Shown in pieces: positions 43,310 to 54,640 of a DNA stretch of 64,000 nucleotides. Made by a program: the position numbers and the translations under genes. Position 1 is the first letter of the stretch. Every line of letters starts with the position of its first letter. Below the pieces are notes generated by a model, which ran no database searches, was not told the origin of the DNA, and saw only the letters and a list, made by a program, of their open reading frames with translations. The stretch is from an uncultured Chloroflexia bacterium (GTDB taxonomy: Bacteria > Chloroflexota > Limnocylindria > Limnocylindrales > CSP1-4), in the NCBI GenBank assembly GCA_963697275.1, contig CAVONF010000005.1:363741-427740 (forward strand). The letters run 5' to 3'.

Positions 43310-45127
43310 GTGACCACACCATTGCGTCCCGATGGACTGCCCGATCCCAGCAACCCCTTCGAGGCCGCTGTCGTGGACCTGCTCGTCGATCTCTTCGGGG
43401 CGTATCCGACGTGGGGCACCGCGGCCGGCTATCACAGCGTCGATGGTCGCTGGCCCGACCTCACCGAGGCCGGACGGCAGGCTCGTCTGCGCATGCTCCA
43501 CGACCACGCCGCGCGCCTGGAGGCGTTCGCGGATCCGGGCCTCTCGAGCGAGGAACGTGTCGACCGACACATCCTGCTCGAGGAGATCGAGAAGGTCCTC
43601 TTCGGCGAGGAGGTCCTGTGCGGGGAGGCCTGGGATGCGCTCGAGCTGGTCTACCTCATGGGCAGCGGTCTGTTCGGCGTGCTCTCGCGCGAGTACGCAC
43701 CGTGGCCGCAGCGAGGCGCCTCCCTGCTGTCGCGCCTCGAGGGTCTGCCTGAACTGGCGCACCAGGGGCTGGCCGGTCTCACCGGGTTGCCGGACCGCCC
43801 TGTGGCCCTGCTGCAGCTGCAGACGGCTCTGTCACAGCTGGACGGCGTGACGGAGCTGGTCGATGCGGCCGTGGCCGAGGCGCGCTCACGCGCCGCCTCG
43901 GGTGAGGCCGCCGACCTGGTGGCTCCCATGGAGGTCGCGGCCGAGCAGGCCCGGACCGCGCTGGAGGTCTTCCGTGCCGGGCTCGATGGTGACGTCCGCT
44001 CGCGCGCCACGGGCGAGGGACGACTGGGCCCGGAGCTGTTCGCACGCAAGCTGCGACTGACGCTCGGCAGCGAGATGTCGCCGGACGAGTTGCGTGAGCG
44101 CGCCTGGGCCGACTACCACGCCGTGCGCGCCGAGATGGTGCGCCTGGCGCGCGAGACCTGGCCCATCTGGATGCCCGATCAGCCGCTCCCGCAGGTCGCC
44201 GGGGGTGACCGCGAGGCTGAGGCGCACCTGGTCAGGCAGGTGCTGGACGCCATCGCGGCAGAGCATCAGCAGCCCGACGATCTCATCGCCTACTGTGAGG
44301 CGGAGGTCGCCCGCATCGAGGCGTTCTGCCGCGAGCACGAGGTCATCACCCTGCCCGAGGAGCCCCTCACCGTCACCTGGACGCCGCGCTTCCTGCGCGC
44401 CCACGCGAGGGCCTTTCTGGACAGCCCGGGGCCGCTGGACCGCGGCCAGAAGTCACACTTCTGGATCACGCCACCCGACGGATCGCAGGGCCCCCAGGCA
44501 GTGGAGTCATACCTGCGTGAAGAGAACGACCGCATGCTGCGCGATCTCAGCCTCCACGAGGCCATCCCGGGCCACTACCTGCAGCTGGCCGCCTCCAACC
44601 GTTGTCCCTCGCTCGCCCGCACCGTCTTCACCAACGGCTTGTTCGCCGAGGGCTGGGCCGTGTACGTGACGCAGGTGATGGTGGACCTGGGCTATGGCGC
44701 GGATGATCCCGGCTTCGCCCTGACGCACTGGAAGCTGTACCTGCGGGCCATCGTCAACGCCATCCTCGACGTGGAGACGCACGCCGGCACGATGACCGAG
44801 AAGGAGGCCCTGGAGCTGATGGTGCAGGGCGCCTGGCAGGAGCCGGACGAGGCTCGTGGCAAGTGGTTGCGCGCCCGCATCAGCTCGACGCAGCTGTCGA
44901 CGTACTACGTCGGATCGCTGGAGATGTGGGAGCTTGAGGAAGAGGTGCGCCGCCGGGCCGCCCTGGCGGCCGGCGCGAGCGCTGACGCTGCGCCCGCGCA
45001 GCGTATCGCCGGCGGGCTGGGCGACAGTCCCGGCTTCGACCGGCGCGCCCACCTCGAGGCCGTCATCAGCCATGGCACGCCGCCCATCAAGTGGTGCCGG
45101 CGCATCCTGCTGGGCGAGGTCGCTTGA
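43310..45127 (+). CDS. DUF885-family protein (putative metallopeptidase-like, HExxxGH motif)
   Basis: GTG start. 'LSLHEAIPGHYLQLAASN' motif. About 606 aa, intact. Confidence 0.7.
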   Translation: MTTPLRPDGLPDPSNPFEAAVVDLLVDLFGAYPTWGTAAGYHSVDGRWPDLTEAGRQARLRMLHDHAARLEAFADPGLSSEERVDRHILLEEIEKVLFGEEVLCGEAWDALELVYLMGSGLFGVLSREYAPWPQRGASLLSRLEGLPELAHQGLAGLTGLPDRPVALLQLQTALSQLDGVTELVDAAVAEARSRAASGEAADLVAPMEVAAEQARTALEVFRAGLDGDVRSRATGEGRLGPELFARKLRLTLGSEMSPDELRERAWADYHAVRAEMVRLARETWPIWMPDQPLPQVAGGDREAEAHLVRQVLDAIAAEHQQPDDLIAYCEAEVARIEAFCREHEVITLPEEPLTVTWTPRFLRAHARAFLDSPGPLDRGQKSHFWITPPDGSQGPQAVESYLREENDRMLRDLSLHEAIPGHYLQLAASNRCPSLARTVFTNGLFAEGWAVYVTQVMVDLGYGADDPGFALTHWKLYLRAIVNAILDVETHAGTMTEKEALELMVQGAWQEPDEARGKWLRARISSTQLSTYYVGSLEMWELEEEVRRRAALAAGASADAAPAQRIAGGLGDSPGFDRRAHLEAVISHGTPPIKWCRRILLGEVA

Positions 45128-46008
45128 GCGAGCTCCGACCCGCCTCGCCGCTGCAGCGGCCGGAGACGGCGCGGCCGCGCGAGGGGGCCATCCCTGAGAT
45201 CGAGCCTCCGACCGCCGCTGAACTGGCGGCCATCCAGCGGCACCTGGTGGCCCTGCCCGAGTGGGAAGGCGGGACGGTCACCGAGGATGCCGCGCTGGGC
45301 GTGACCCTGGTGCGCGGGCCAGGGAACGGACCCGACGTCAGCTACGCGGCGATGCCGCGCTGGCGCGCTGACGAGTGGCCGCAACGGCTGCTCGCGGTAC
45401 GAGAGCGGATGCGGGCCGATGGCGCCTGGCCTTCCCTGCTCTGGTGCGATCGCCTGGACCGACCAGTGGGGCTCGACCGCGAGCTGCAGCGCCAGGGTTG
45501 GGTCAAGGCGATCGCGGAGACCGTCCTGTGGGTCGGCCATGCTTCGGTCGTCCCGCACCTCGACCCGCTGCTGCGCATCGAGGCGGTACGACCCCGCTCG
45601 CTGCTGACGCACGGGGCCATCGAGCGCCGCATCTTCGGCATCGGCGTGCCCGAGGCCGAGGCCGCGCGCCGCTGCGCGGGCATGACAGCGGCCCTGGAGA
45701 CCGGCCGCCTGCGTGCCTGGATCGTCTGGCTCTACGACAAGCCGGTCGCCGTCGCCCGTCTCTCTCAGGGTGACGGGGTCGCCGCCCTGCAGGGCATCGG
45801 GGTCGTGGAGGGTCGCCGCCGCCAGGGACTCGGCACGCTCGTCACCACCATCGCCACGCGTGCCGGCATGGCCGTCGGCAACCGCATCGTGTGGCTCTCG
45901 GTGCGCGAAGACAACGCCGCCGCAGTCAGCGTCTACGAGCGTCTCGGGTTCAGGCGCGCCTTCTCATGGGCGCGCTGGCTGGTCACCGAGGACCCGCGTT
46001 CGCGCTGA
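45124..46008 (+). CDS. GNAT-family N-acetyltransferase
   Basis: C-terminal 'IGVVEGRRRQGLGTLVTTIATRAGMAVGNRIVWLSVREDNAAAVSVYERLGFRR' acetyl-CoA-binding motif. Confidence 0.6.
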   Translation: MSELRPASPLQRPETARPREGAIPEIEPPTAAELAAIQRHLVALPEWEGGTVTEDAALGVTLVRGPGNGPDVSYAAMPRWRADEWPQRLLAVRERMRADGAWPSLLWCDRLDRPVGLDRELQRQGWVKAIAETVLWVGHASVVPHLDPLLRIEAVRPRSLLTHGAIERRIFGIGVPEAEAARRCAGMTAALETGRLRAWIVWLYDKPVAVARLSQGDGVAALQGIGVVEGRRRQGLGTLVTTIATRAGMAVGNRIVWLSVREDNAAAVSVYERLGFRRAFSWARWLVTEDPRSR

Positions 46009-48190
46009 TCGCCTGGCGGGGCCGCTCTTTCGCGCCGTGGGCGCAGCAGCCGCAGCCACTGCTGCTGCCGGCAGGTACATCTGCTCCACGTACTCGACGA
46101 GCATCCGCGAGGTCGAGAACTGCCACACCGAGCTGGCCATGGCGTGCCGCATGCGGTCCAGCCAGCCGAGCGGCAGACCATGCTCGTCGCGGCTCGTACC
46201 ACAGCGGCACGATCTCCTCTTCCAGGAGCCGATAGAGGTCCTGGGCGTCTGCCCAGTCCTGGGCACCCTCATCGGGGTCGCGGTCGCGACTGCCGATGGC
46301 CCAGCCGTTGTCGCCCTCGTAGCCCTCATCCCACCAGCCGTCCAGGATGGAGACATTGACCACGCCGTTCATGGCCGCCTTCATGCCGCTGGTCCCGGAC
46401 GCTTCGAGGGGGCGGCGCGGGTTGTTCAGCCAGACATCGGCGCCCTGGACGAGGTAGCGGCCCACGCGCATGTCGTAGTCCTCGAGGATGAAGACGCGCC
46501 CGCGGAAGGCTTCGGAGCGGCTGCGCTCGAAGATGGTCTGGATGACGCCCTGTCCGGGCCGGTCGGCCGGATGGGCCTTGCCGGCGAAGACGACCTGAAC
46601 CGGTCGTTCCGGGTCACTCAGCAGGCGCGTCAGCCGATCCATGTCGCTGAACAGCAGCGCGGCCCGTTTGTAGGTGGCCATGCGGCGGGCGAAACCGATG
46701 GTCAGGACGCCGGGATCGAGGATGTCTCCCAGCTCCGAGAGCACTCCCGGAGCCTCACCGTGGCGTGCAAGTTGGCGCCGCAGCCGCAGCCGCGCGAACT
46801 CCTGGAGACGCTGCTTCTGCTCGAGGTGCGCCTCCCAGAGGCGCTTGTCCGGGATCGTATCGAGGCGCTCCCAGAAGCGGTCCGTCTCGTGCTCGTCCTC
46901 GAGGTGATCGAGGTCACCGCCGATCTCGCGGTAGACCTGGCGTATGGCATCCCCGATCCATGTCGGCGGGTGGATGCCGTTGGTGATGCCCAGGATGGGT
47001 CGCTCGACGACGGCCGACCAGGTCTCGTTGGCGGTCCGGGCATGGAGCTGGCTCACGCCGTTGGCATTGCAGGTGTTGCGCAGCGAGAACGCGGTCATGT
47101 CGAACTGGCTGGCGTCGCCCTCGACGGTGCGGCCCATCTCCAGGACACCCTCCACGTCCATGCCACTCCGCGCCAGCGCCGGGGCCGCCAGCCGGCGGAC
47201 CAAGTCAGCCGAGAAGCGCTCATTGCCCGCTGAGACCGGCGTGTGGATGGTGAAGACGGCCGAGCAGCGCACCCTACCGAAGGCCTCGGCCTGGCTGGCG
47301 CCGGTGTCCATGAGCTCGCGTGCCTGCTCCACGAGCATGAACGCCGAGTGACCCTCGTTGAGGTGCCAGGCGGAGGGCCTGATTCCCAGCGCCCGCAGGG
47401 CGCGCACACCGCCGATGCCCAGGATGAGTTCCTGGTGCAGCCGCATCTCGCGCCCGCGGACGTAGAGGATGTGCGTGATAGGGCGGTCCGCGGCGTCGTT
47501 CTCCGACACGTCGGTGTCCAGCAGCAGCAGCGGCACGCGGCCCACCTGCGCGAGCCACACGGCTGCGTGGACGGTGCGACCCGGCAGCTCTACCGAGACC
47601 AGCAGCGGTTCGCCGAGACGGTCCACGACACGCAGGATGGGCAGTCGCTCGGGGTCCAGCTGGATGTAGTCATGCTCCTGGTGGCCGTCGGCATCGATGG
47701 ACTGGCGGAAGTAGCCGCGGCGGTAGAAAAGGCCGACGCCCACCAGGGGCAGGGCCATGTCTGACGCCGCGCTGAGGTGGTCGCCGGCCAGGACCCCCAG
47801 GCCGCCCGAGTAGATGGGCAGCGACTCATGGAGCCCGTACTCGGCGCAGAAGTAGGCCATCGGGCCGGCCAGGTCGGTGCCGTGATGGCGCGCGTACCAG
47901 TGCTCGTGCCCGTTGGCCATGTAGGTGTCGAACTGGTCCAGGATGGTCGCATAGCGGGCCATGAACGCCGGGTCGTCGAGCAGCGACGACCAGTCGCGGG
48001 AAGACTGCAGCACACCGACCGTGCTGCGATAGCCGACCCAGTGCTGCCTGTCGATGCGCGCGAACAGGGCGCGTACCTCAGGGTGCCAGGTCCAGTAGAG
48101 GTTGTAGGCGAGTCGTTCCAGGCCCTCGAGCCGAGGCGGCAGGCGGTGGCCCGGATAGGGAAGCGTGGGGATGGACAGATGAGACGACAT
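45964..48190 (-). CDS. glgP: Alpha-glucan phosphorylase (GlgP-type glycogen/maltodextrin phosphorylase family), single frameshift near 46200
   Basis: 'LAYNLYWTWHPEVRALF...GGLGVLAGDHLSAASD...EASGTSGMKAAMNGV'. The true C-terminus 'GLPLGWLDRMRHAMASSVWQFSTSRMLVEYVEQMYLPA' is in a shifted frame. Confidence 0.8.
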
Positions 48191-48285
48191 GACCCGTGAA
48201 TGCTACACACCATCGACACCAGCCGCGGTCCGCCTGCACAGCCGGGCCTTCGACAAGCCCTCGACGACGTACCATCGGAACCACC

Positions 48286-49731
48286 ATGAAGATCGCGATG
48301 GTGGCGTCCGAATGTGAGCCTTGGGCCAAGACCGGCGGGCTGGCTGACGTGGTGGATGCGCTGTCACGGGCCCTCGGTTCGCCTGGTCCGGCCGGGCTCG
48401 ATCACCAGGTCGATGTCTATCTGCCCTGGTACCGGGGCCTGACCCCGCCATCGGGCCTGACGCCCCTGGAGTTGCGGGTGCCGGCCGGCAGCCCGCAGGG
48501 CGATGGGCCGCGCTACGAGACGGTGACCCTGTGGACGGCTGACGCTGACGGCTACCGGCTGCGGCTGGTGCAACACGCGGCCTCCTTCGACCGGGCCAGC
48601 TACTACATGGACGGAGCCGGTGACTTCAGCGACAACGCCGCCCGCTTCACGCTGCTGGGTCGTGCCGCGCTGGAGGCCATCCGCGCCGAGGCGCGGCCGG
48701 TGGACATCATCCACGGCCATGACTGGCAGGCCGGTCCGGCGCTGCTCTCGCTGCGCCATCGCTACGCTGGCGACCCGCTGCTGGCCGGTACCGCCACCAT
48801 GCTGACCTGCCACAACCTTGCCTACCACGGCTGGACAGCACGCGACCAGGCCTGGCAGCTGGACCTGCCCGACGCCGTCGGCGCGCCCGACGGCGTGGAT
48901 CTGCTGCGCGAGGCCATCGGCGCGGCTGCCATGGTCAACACGGTCAGCCCCAACTACGCCCGCGAATCACTGACGCCCGAGTTCGGCGGCGGTCTTCACG
49001 ATGCGCTGCGCGCGCGGGGAGATCGCTACGTCGGCATCATCAACGGCATCGACACGCAGCTGTGGGATCCGGCCGCCGACCCCACGCTCGTCGCTCCCTA
49101 CGATGCGACCGAGCTCTCGCCCAAGGCCCTGACCCGCTCCGACCTCATGGCCCGCCACGGCCTCGATGCCGCCGGACCGCTGCTCGGGGTCATCGGCAGG
49201 CTCGACCCTCAGAAGGGCTTCGACCTCGTGACGGCGGCCGCACCGGCGCTCATCGAGACGGGCGCACGTCTCGTCGTCCTCGGCACGGGCAACGAGCAAC
49301 TCATCGCCGGTCTCGTCCGGCTCGCCCGCCGGCACCCTGACCGCATCGCCGTGCTGGACCGCTTCGACCGGGATGAGGCGCGGCGTATCTATGCCGGCGC
49401 CGACCTCTTCCTGATGCCCTCACGCTTCGAGCCCTGCGGCCAGGGCCAGCTCATCGCCATGCGCTACGGGACCCCGCCCGTGGTGCGCCGCAGCGGTGGC
49501 CTGGCCGACACGGTCGTCGATGCCGACGCCGATCCGGCTGCTGGCACCGGCTTCGTCTTCGGGCCTGCAGAGCCGGCCGCGCTCGTCGAGGCCGTCAGTC
49601 GCGCCCTCGATGCGCTCGCCGACGAGCCGCGCTTCCGACGCATCCAGGTTCGGGGCATGACCCGTGACCACTCCTGGTCGGTGCCGGCGCGCCAGTACGA
49701 ACTGGCCTACCAGCGCGCTCGCGGCGGCTGA
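48286..49731 (+). CDS. glgA: Glycogen synthase (ADP-glucose type, GT5)
   Basis: 'MKIAMVASECEPWAKTGGLADVVDAL...PSRFEPCGQGQLIAMRYGTPPVVRRSGGLADTV'. Confidence 0.85.
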   Translation: MKIAMVASECEPWAKTGGLADVVDALSRALGSPGPAGLDHQVDVYLPWYRGLTPPSGLTPLELRVPAGSPQGDGPRYETVTLWTADADGYRLRLVQHAASFDRASYYMDGAGDFSDNAARFTLLGRAALEAIRAEARPVDIIHGHDWQAGPALLSLRHRYAGDPLLAGTATMLTCHNLAYHGWTARDQAWQLDLPDAVGAPDGVDLLREAIGAAAMVNTVSPNYARESLTPEFGGGLHDALRARGDRYVGIINGIDTQLWDPAADPTLVAPYDATELSPKALTRSDLMARHGLDAAGPLLGVIGRLDPQKGFDLVTAAAPALIETGARLVVLGTGNEQLIAGLVRLARRHPDRIAVLDRFDRDEARRIYAGADLFLMPSRFEPCGQGQLIAMRYGTPPVVRRSGGLADTVVDADADPAAGTGFVFGPAEPAALVEAVSRALDALADEPRFRRIQVRGMTRDHSWSVPARQYELAYQRARGG

Positions 49732-49768
49732 TCCAGCGCGCCGTGCGCGGCGCGGATCGGCACTCGTG

Positions 49769-52087
49769 TCAGCGCGTGATGAGGATGGCGTCGATGGCCG
49801 ACTGGCGCGTCAGCCCCTGGATCTGGAGGGTGTGCGCCCCGGCACCGAGGCGGCGGCTGAAGACGATGCGTCGCTGCAGGCCCTTGGGGTGCTCCAGGCT
49901 GACGTCACGCCAGGGGCCGCCGTCGAGGCGCACGCGCAGCGCACCCCGCCCGGGGCCGATGGGCGCCACCACGGCGACCGAGTCGCCCCGGAACCTGGTC
50001 GCGATGCTCTTCGTGGCCGCCGCGGCCTGCAGCAGCGAGCCGCCGAAGGCCGACTTGGCTGACTTGGTCTTCCAGCCGCTGGCGGGCCGCTGCCAGTCCT
50101 GGGAAGCGGAGTCGCGGACGATCAGCCCCAGCGCCAGCGTGGGGCTGACGGAGCTGTTGCCCAGGCTGTCCGTGGAACGGACTCGGAAGCGCTCGCTGCG
50201 GCCCGGCTTCAGGGTGACCTTGGCTCCGCTGCTCCCGCCACGGACCGTGCGCCAGGGGCTACGCCCGATCTTGCGCTGCAGCACGGATGTCTTGACGGTG
50301 CTCAAGCGGTCGGTGACGCTCCACTTCAGGATGGTCATGGCGGCGCCGTTGGCAGCCATGGCCACGTTGCTGTCGCGGATGCGTGACGACAGGTCCCGGA
50401 CCTTGGGTCCGGTGCGATCCAACACGAGCTCCAGCACGCGACTGGCAGCAGGGCCGCCCGGAGATCGGGCCACTACGCTGAGCTGCCGCCGGCCGTCACG
50501 CCCGCCTCGTTCGAGCCGGAGGTTGACGCGTGCGTCCAGCCCGGCGAGTCCGGCAAGGCTGGCGCCAGGCCGATCGAAGGTGGCCTTGCCGACCTTGGGA
50601 CGCAGTCCGGCCACGCTGAGCTGGACGTCGCCGCCAAAGCCGCCACCGCGCTGCACGTCCACGCGCGCCTGGCGCCTGGTGCTTGTGCCGGAAACCTTGA
50701 AGGACTTGGCCGAGAGCCACACTCGCAGGTCCGGCGGTCCGGTCAGGAAGGACACATCGAGCAGGCGCTTGGGATCATCGCCGTCGGCGACACCCGACCA
50801 GGTCGGGTCCGTCCTGATCTCCCAGTCCATCCGCCCGGCGGCCTGGATCAGGTCTCGCATCTGGTTCGGCGGGGTGCCCGGATGGGCCGCCAGGTAGCGT
50901 GCGGCTGCGCCCGCGACATGGGGAGCGGCCATCGAGGTCCCCGTCATCGTCCTGGTGACGTCCCCGCTGTCCGAGGGTCGCAGCGATTCCACGCAGGTGC
51001 CCGGCGCCACGATGTCGACGTCGGGCCCGTAGTTGCTGTACGACGCCCAGGTGTCGTCGCGTTCACCCGAGCAATCGTCGGAGGCGTCGCCCCAGCCCCC
51101 GCCGTCGAGGTCCGTGATGGCACCGACCGTGATGACCTGGTCATAGCCGGCTGGCACGACCGAGTTGGCGTCCGTGGCGCCGTTGCCGGCCGCGGCCACG
51201 ATGGTGATGCCTGCCGCGTGTGCCGCACAGACGGCCGCGTGGATGGGATCGGGGTCGCCCGGGAGGCACTCTTCGAGATACGAGGTGCGAGACCCCTCGA
51301 TGCTCATGTTGATGACCTCGATGGGCTGCGTCCCGGGTGGGGCCAGGCCTGGCAGGTGGGTGGATGTCACCCAGTCCAGGCCGCACAGCACGGTGGCTTC
51401 GTCGCCCCAGCCACCCTCATCGAAGACGCGCACCGCCCAGAGGCGGGCGCCCGGTGCCACGCCGACCACGCCGACGCCATTGCCGTCCCGCGCACCGATG
51501 GTGCCGGCCACGTGCGTGCCATGCCAGACGGAGTAGAGGTCCTGCCACTGGTCGAGCGGCCGGCCGTCGGCGGCGCAGTTGATGCCTCCGGCGATGTTCA
51601 GCTCGTTGCCGCCGACCGGCCCGATGCCGGTGTCGATGATGGCGACGTCCACGTCGACGTCTGGCGTGGGGCTGCTGATGGGGGCCGCCTTGACGCGCCT
51701 GACACCGGCCGGCACGATCTCCCCGGCGATGCGGAAGCGGCGCGCCGGTCGCACCTCGGCGACCTCGAAGTCGCGCCTGAGCTTCGCCGCCTGTGCCGGA
51801 GTGAGCCGCGCCGAGAACCCCGAGATGGCGGTCGTGTAGCGGTGGCGTGCCTTGACGTCGTACTCGCGGACGATGCGCCTGGTGACCGCCTTGGTGACGG
51901 CGACGCGCTGGCGCATGCGCTGACGACCGGCGCGGTTGCTCAGCCGGATGGTCTCGCCGCTATCGCCCGCCGCGAGGGTGACGATGTAGTTGCGCGCCTT
52001 GCGCTCCGGTGCCGCCAGCAGGGCACCGGGCAGCAGCACGCCGAGCATGGCGACACCGAGGAACACACCGAGGGACGTTCGCGTCAC
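49769..52087 (-). CDS. Secreted S8 subtilisin-like serine protease with I9 pro-domain and C-terminal beta-rich (Ig/PKD-like) domains
   Basis: Signal peptide 'VTRTSLGVFLGVAMLGVLLPGALLAAPE'. Catalytic triad 'VAIIDTG', 'HGTHVAG', 'GTSMAAPHVAG'. Confidence 0.75.
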   Translation of the reverse strand: MTRTSLGVFLGVAMLGVLLPGALLAAPERKARNYIVTLAAGDSGETIRLSNRAGRQRMRQRVAVTKAVTRRIVREYDVKARHRYTTAISGFSARLTPAQAAKLRRDFEVAEVRPARRFRIAGEIVPAGVRRVKAAPISSPTPDVDVDVAIIDTGIGPVGGNELNIAGGINCAADGRPLDQWQDLYSVWHGTHVAGTIGARDGNGVGVVGVAPGARLWAVRVFDEGGWGDEATVLCGLDWVTSTHLPGLAPPGTQPIEVINMSIEGSRTSYLEECLPGDPDPIHAAVCAAHAAGITIVAAAGNGATDANSVVPAGYDQVITVGAITDLDGGGWGDASDDCSGERDDTWASYSNYGPDVDIVAPGTCVESLRPSDSGDVTRTMTGTSMAAPHVAGAAARYLAAHPGTPPNQMRDLIQAAGRMDWEIRTDPTWSGVADGDDPKRLLDVSFLTGPPDLRVWLSAKSFKVSGTSTRRQARVDVQRGGGFGGDVQLSVAGLRPKVGKATFDRPGASLAGLAGLDARVNLRLERGGRDGRRQLSVVARSPGGPAASRVLELVLDRTGPKVRDLSSRIRDSNVAMAANGAAMTILKWSVTDRLSTVKTSVLQRKIGRSPWRTVRGGSSGAKVTLKPGRSERFRVRSTDSLGNSSVSPTLALGLIVRDSASQDWQRPASGWKTKSAKSAFGGSLLQAAAATKSIATRFRGDSVAVVAPIGPGRGALRVRLDGGPWRDVSLEHPKGLQRRIVFSRRLGAGAHTLQIQGLTRQSAIDAILITR

Positions 52088-52475
52088 CTGCCCGAGGGTC
52101 ACGATCACTCCGACTACGCACTGGACACCGATAGGGTAGCCCACCGGTGTAGATGGCCCCGGAAGCCGCGGTGAAGCCGCGGTGAAGATGCGGTAACGCC
52201 GGAGAAGCGATCGAGGGGCCTCATCGCGGCTTCCGAGCATCGCCGCTCCGAATGACCCCTCGAACGTGAGCGCATGCTGCAGAGTGCGGCTCCACGCCTG
52301 TACCACCCGTTGGTCACGGGATGGTGGCTCTGACGGTGGCTCTGACGGTGGGTGCCACCCTGCCCGGTGCCTCACCACCCACCCGCGGCTCGTCCGGACG
52401 GTGCATCCTTAGGCGGCCAGGGGGCAGTTCGTCCGGGGCCGTGGCAAGGTCGGTCACAGGGAGGTATACACGCAC

Positions 52476-53258
52476 ATGGGTCTGCTCGAGGGCAAGCGCG
52501 CCCTGATCTTCGGCCTGGCCAACGACCACTCCATCGCCTGGGGCATCGCCCAGGGGTTCCACCGGGAGGGCGCCGAGGTCGGCTTCTCGTCGGTCGACAT
52601 GCTCATCGACAAGCGCGTCCGCCCGCTCGCCGAGCAGCTGGGTGCCACCTTCGTGGAGCCCTGTGACGTCCAGAAGGACGAGGACATCGAGCGAGTCTTC
52701 GCGCGCTGGAAAGAGACCTACGGTTCGCTGGACATCCTCGTCCACGCCGTCGCCTTCGCCAACAAGGACGAGCTTGGTGGCGAGTTCATCCGCACCTCCC
52801 GCGAGGGCTTCCGCCTTGCCCACGACGTCTCGGCCTACTCACTGGTCGCACTCGCGCGCGAGGCCCGGCCGCTGATGACCGACGGCGGCGCCATCCTGAC
52901 CCTGACCTATTACGGTGCCGAGAAGGCCGTCGTCAACTACAACGTCATGGGTGTCGCCAAGGCTTCGCTGGAGGCCTGCGTGCGCTACCTCGCTGTCGAC
53001 CTCGGCAAGGAGGGCATCCGCGTCAACGCCATCAGCGCGGGACCGGTGCGCACGCTGGCGGCTGCGGGTGTCACCGGCTTCAAGAAGATGCATCGCCTGT
53101 TCAACGACATCGCTCCGTTGCGGCGGCCGCTCTCCATCGATGACCTCGGCAATGCCGCCGTGTACCTGTGCAGCGAGATGAGCCGCGGCACCACCGGCGA
53201 GATCCACTACGTCGATGGCGGCTACAACATCATCGGCGTGCCGGAGGTCCTGGACTGA
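52476..53258 (+). CDS. fabI: Enoyl-[acyl-carrier-protein] reductase (NADH), FabI
   Basis: '[19 protein letters not shown]...[22 protein letters not shown]' (Y-x6-K). Confidence 0.9.
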   Translation: MGLLEGKRALIFGLANDHSIAWGIAQGFHREGAEVGFSSVDMLIDKRVRPLAEQLGATFVEPCDVQKDEDIERVFARWKETYGSLDILVHAVAFANKDELGGEFIRTSREGFRLAHDVSAYSLVALAREARPLMTDGGAILTLTYYGAEKAVVNYNVMGVAKASLEACVRYLAVDLGKEGIRVNAISAGPVRTLAAAGVTGFKKMHRLFNDIAPLRRPLSIDDLGNAAVYLCSEMSRGTTGEIHYVDGGYNIIGVPEVLD

Positions 53259-53277
53259 GCGACCGCTCGAGCGGATC

Positions 53278-53757
53278 GTGAGCGGTCTGCCGTCGCTCGG
53301 CCCTCGTGGCGAGGGCTGGGTCGCGCTGCAGTTCGTCATGCTGGTCCTGCTGACCGTGGCAGGACTCTTCAGCAGAGGCACCTGGGAGGGACCTCTCGCC
53401 GGTGTCATCTCCCTGCTCGGCCTGGCCCTGCTGCTGGGTGGCGCGCTCCTCGCTGGCCGGGGCCTGCTCGACCTGGGTCGCAACCTGACCCCGGTGCCAC
53501 ATCCTCGCGATGATGCCCAGCTCGTGGAGACGGGCGTCTATGCCCTCGTGCGCCACCCCATCTACGGTGGCTTGATCAGCGGCGCGGTGGGGTGGGGGCT
53601 GCTGGCCGCCAGCCCACCGACAGTGGCGCTGGCGATCGGCCTGGGCGTGTTCTTCGACCTCAAGTCCCGTCGCGAGGAGGCCTGGCTCCGGGAACGCTAC
53701 GTCGGCTACGCCACGTACATGGCACGGACCCGGCGCTTCCTCCCGTGGCTGTACTGA
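53278..53757 (+). CDS. Isoprenylcysteine carboxyl methyltransferase (ICMT/PEMT-family) membrane methyltransferase
   Basis: 'LVETGVYALVRHPIYGGLISGAVGWGL...' GTG start. Confidence 0.7.
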   Translation: MSGLPSLGPRGEGWVALQFVMLVLLTVAGLFSRGTWEGPLAGVISLLGLALLLGGALLAGRGLLDLGRNLTPVPHPRDDAQLVETGVYALVRHPIYGGLISGAVGWGLLAASPPTVALAIGLGVFFDLKSRREEAWLRERYVGYATYMARTRRFLPWLY

Positions 53758-53763
53758 GAAGAA

Positions 53764-53807
53764 CCCGGTGGCAAGGTCGGGAGGAGGGGGCCGACCTTGC
53801 CACCGGG
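53764..53807 (+). terminator. Strong hairpin (16-bp perfect stem) after the ICMT gene; putative factor-independent terminator between convergent genes
   Basis: CCGGTGGCAAGGTCGG-gaggaggggg-CCGACCTTGCCACCGG seen directly. Confidence 0.45.
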
Positions 53808-54036
53808 CAACGAAGCCGCGTCACCGATCCACCCCCGTTCGTGAGGGAGAGGGGTCCTCACGAGCGGGGCCGTGCAGTAGAACGGTGTCGCTATGTGTAG
53901 TTCTGGGCCGAATCTGTCCTTCGCGACGGGGGCCGCACATCACTCCTTGGTACGGGCGCCCCACGTACGCGCTTCCCAGTCCAGGTCTGGAGCGGTGCGG
54001 TCCGCTGCGGTCGCACTGACGGCTACCAGCCGACGG

Positions 54037-54530
54037 CTACCAGCCGCGCGTACCGGGACCACCCTTGAAAGGTCCGCTCACGTCGGAGGTGATCCAGCCG
54101 CCGTAGAAGTCCCCAGCCTGGGGCGTCACGCGCTCATCGTCCACCCAGGCCTCATCGACACGGCCGGGGTAGAAGGCCAGGTAGCCCCTGATCGTGGCGT
54201 AGCCCGGTCGTGGCTCGAGGTAGGTCCAGGCGATCTCGGCGCGATCGGCACGATCATCGACCAGGCGGTAGTAGCTGGCCTGGCCCTTGTACTCACAGAC
54301 CGTGTGCCTGGTCGTCTGCTCCAGCAGGTCCATGCGCACATGCTCGGGCGGGACGTACCAGCCGGGTGGGTGGCTGGTCTCCAGGACCCGCACGGCACGC
54401 CGGCTGTCGGCGATGGTGACGCCGTCCACGACCACGCGGATGCGGCGGTCGGAGGGCTCCACGCGCGGAGGGCGGGGGTAGTCCCAGACCGACTCGGGCC
54501 GGATGGTGCGTCGGGACTCTGTCAAGCGGT
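54037..54530 (-). CDS. DUF427-domain protein
   Basis: 'WDYPRPPRVEPSDRRIRVVVDGVTIADS...HPPGWYVPPEHV...CEYKGQASYY...GYLAFY'. Start uncertain. Confidence 0.6.
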
Positions 54531-54640
54531 GCGCCTCCTGTGCCGGCTCCGTGCCACCCGGCACGGTAGACCGCGATCGGATACGGGAAGATGACGATGG
54601 CTTCGCAGGGATGCGACGAGGGCGTCGAGGAGGAGGGCAG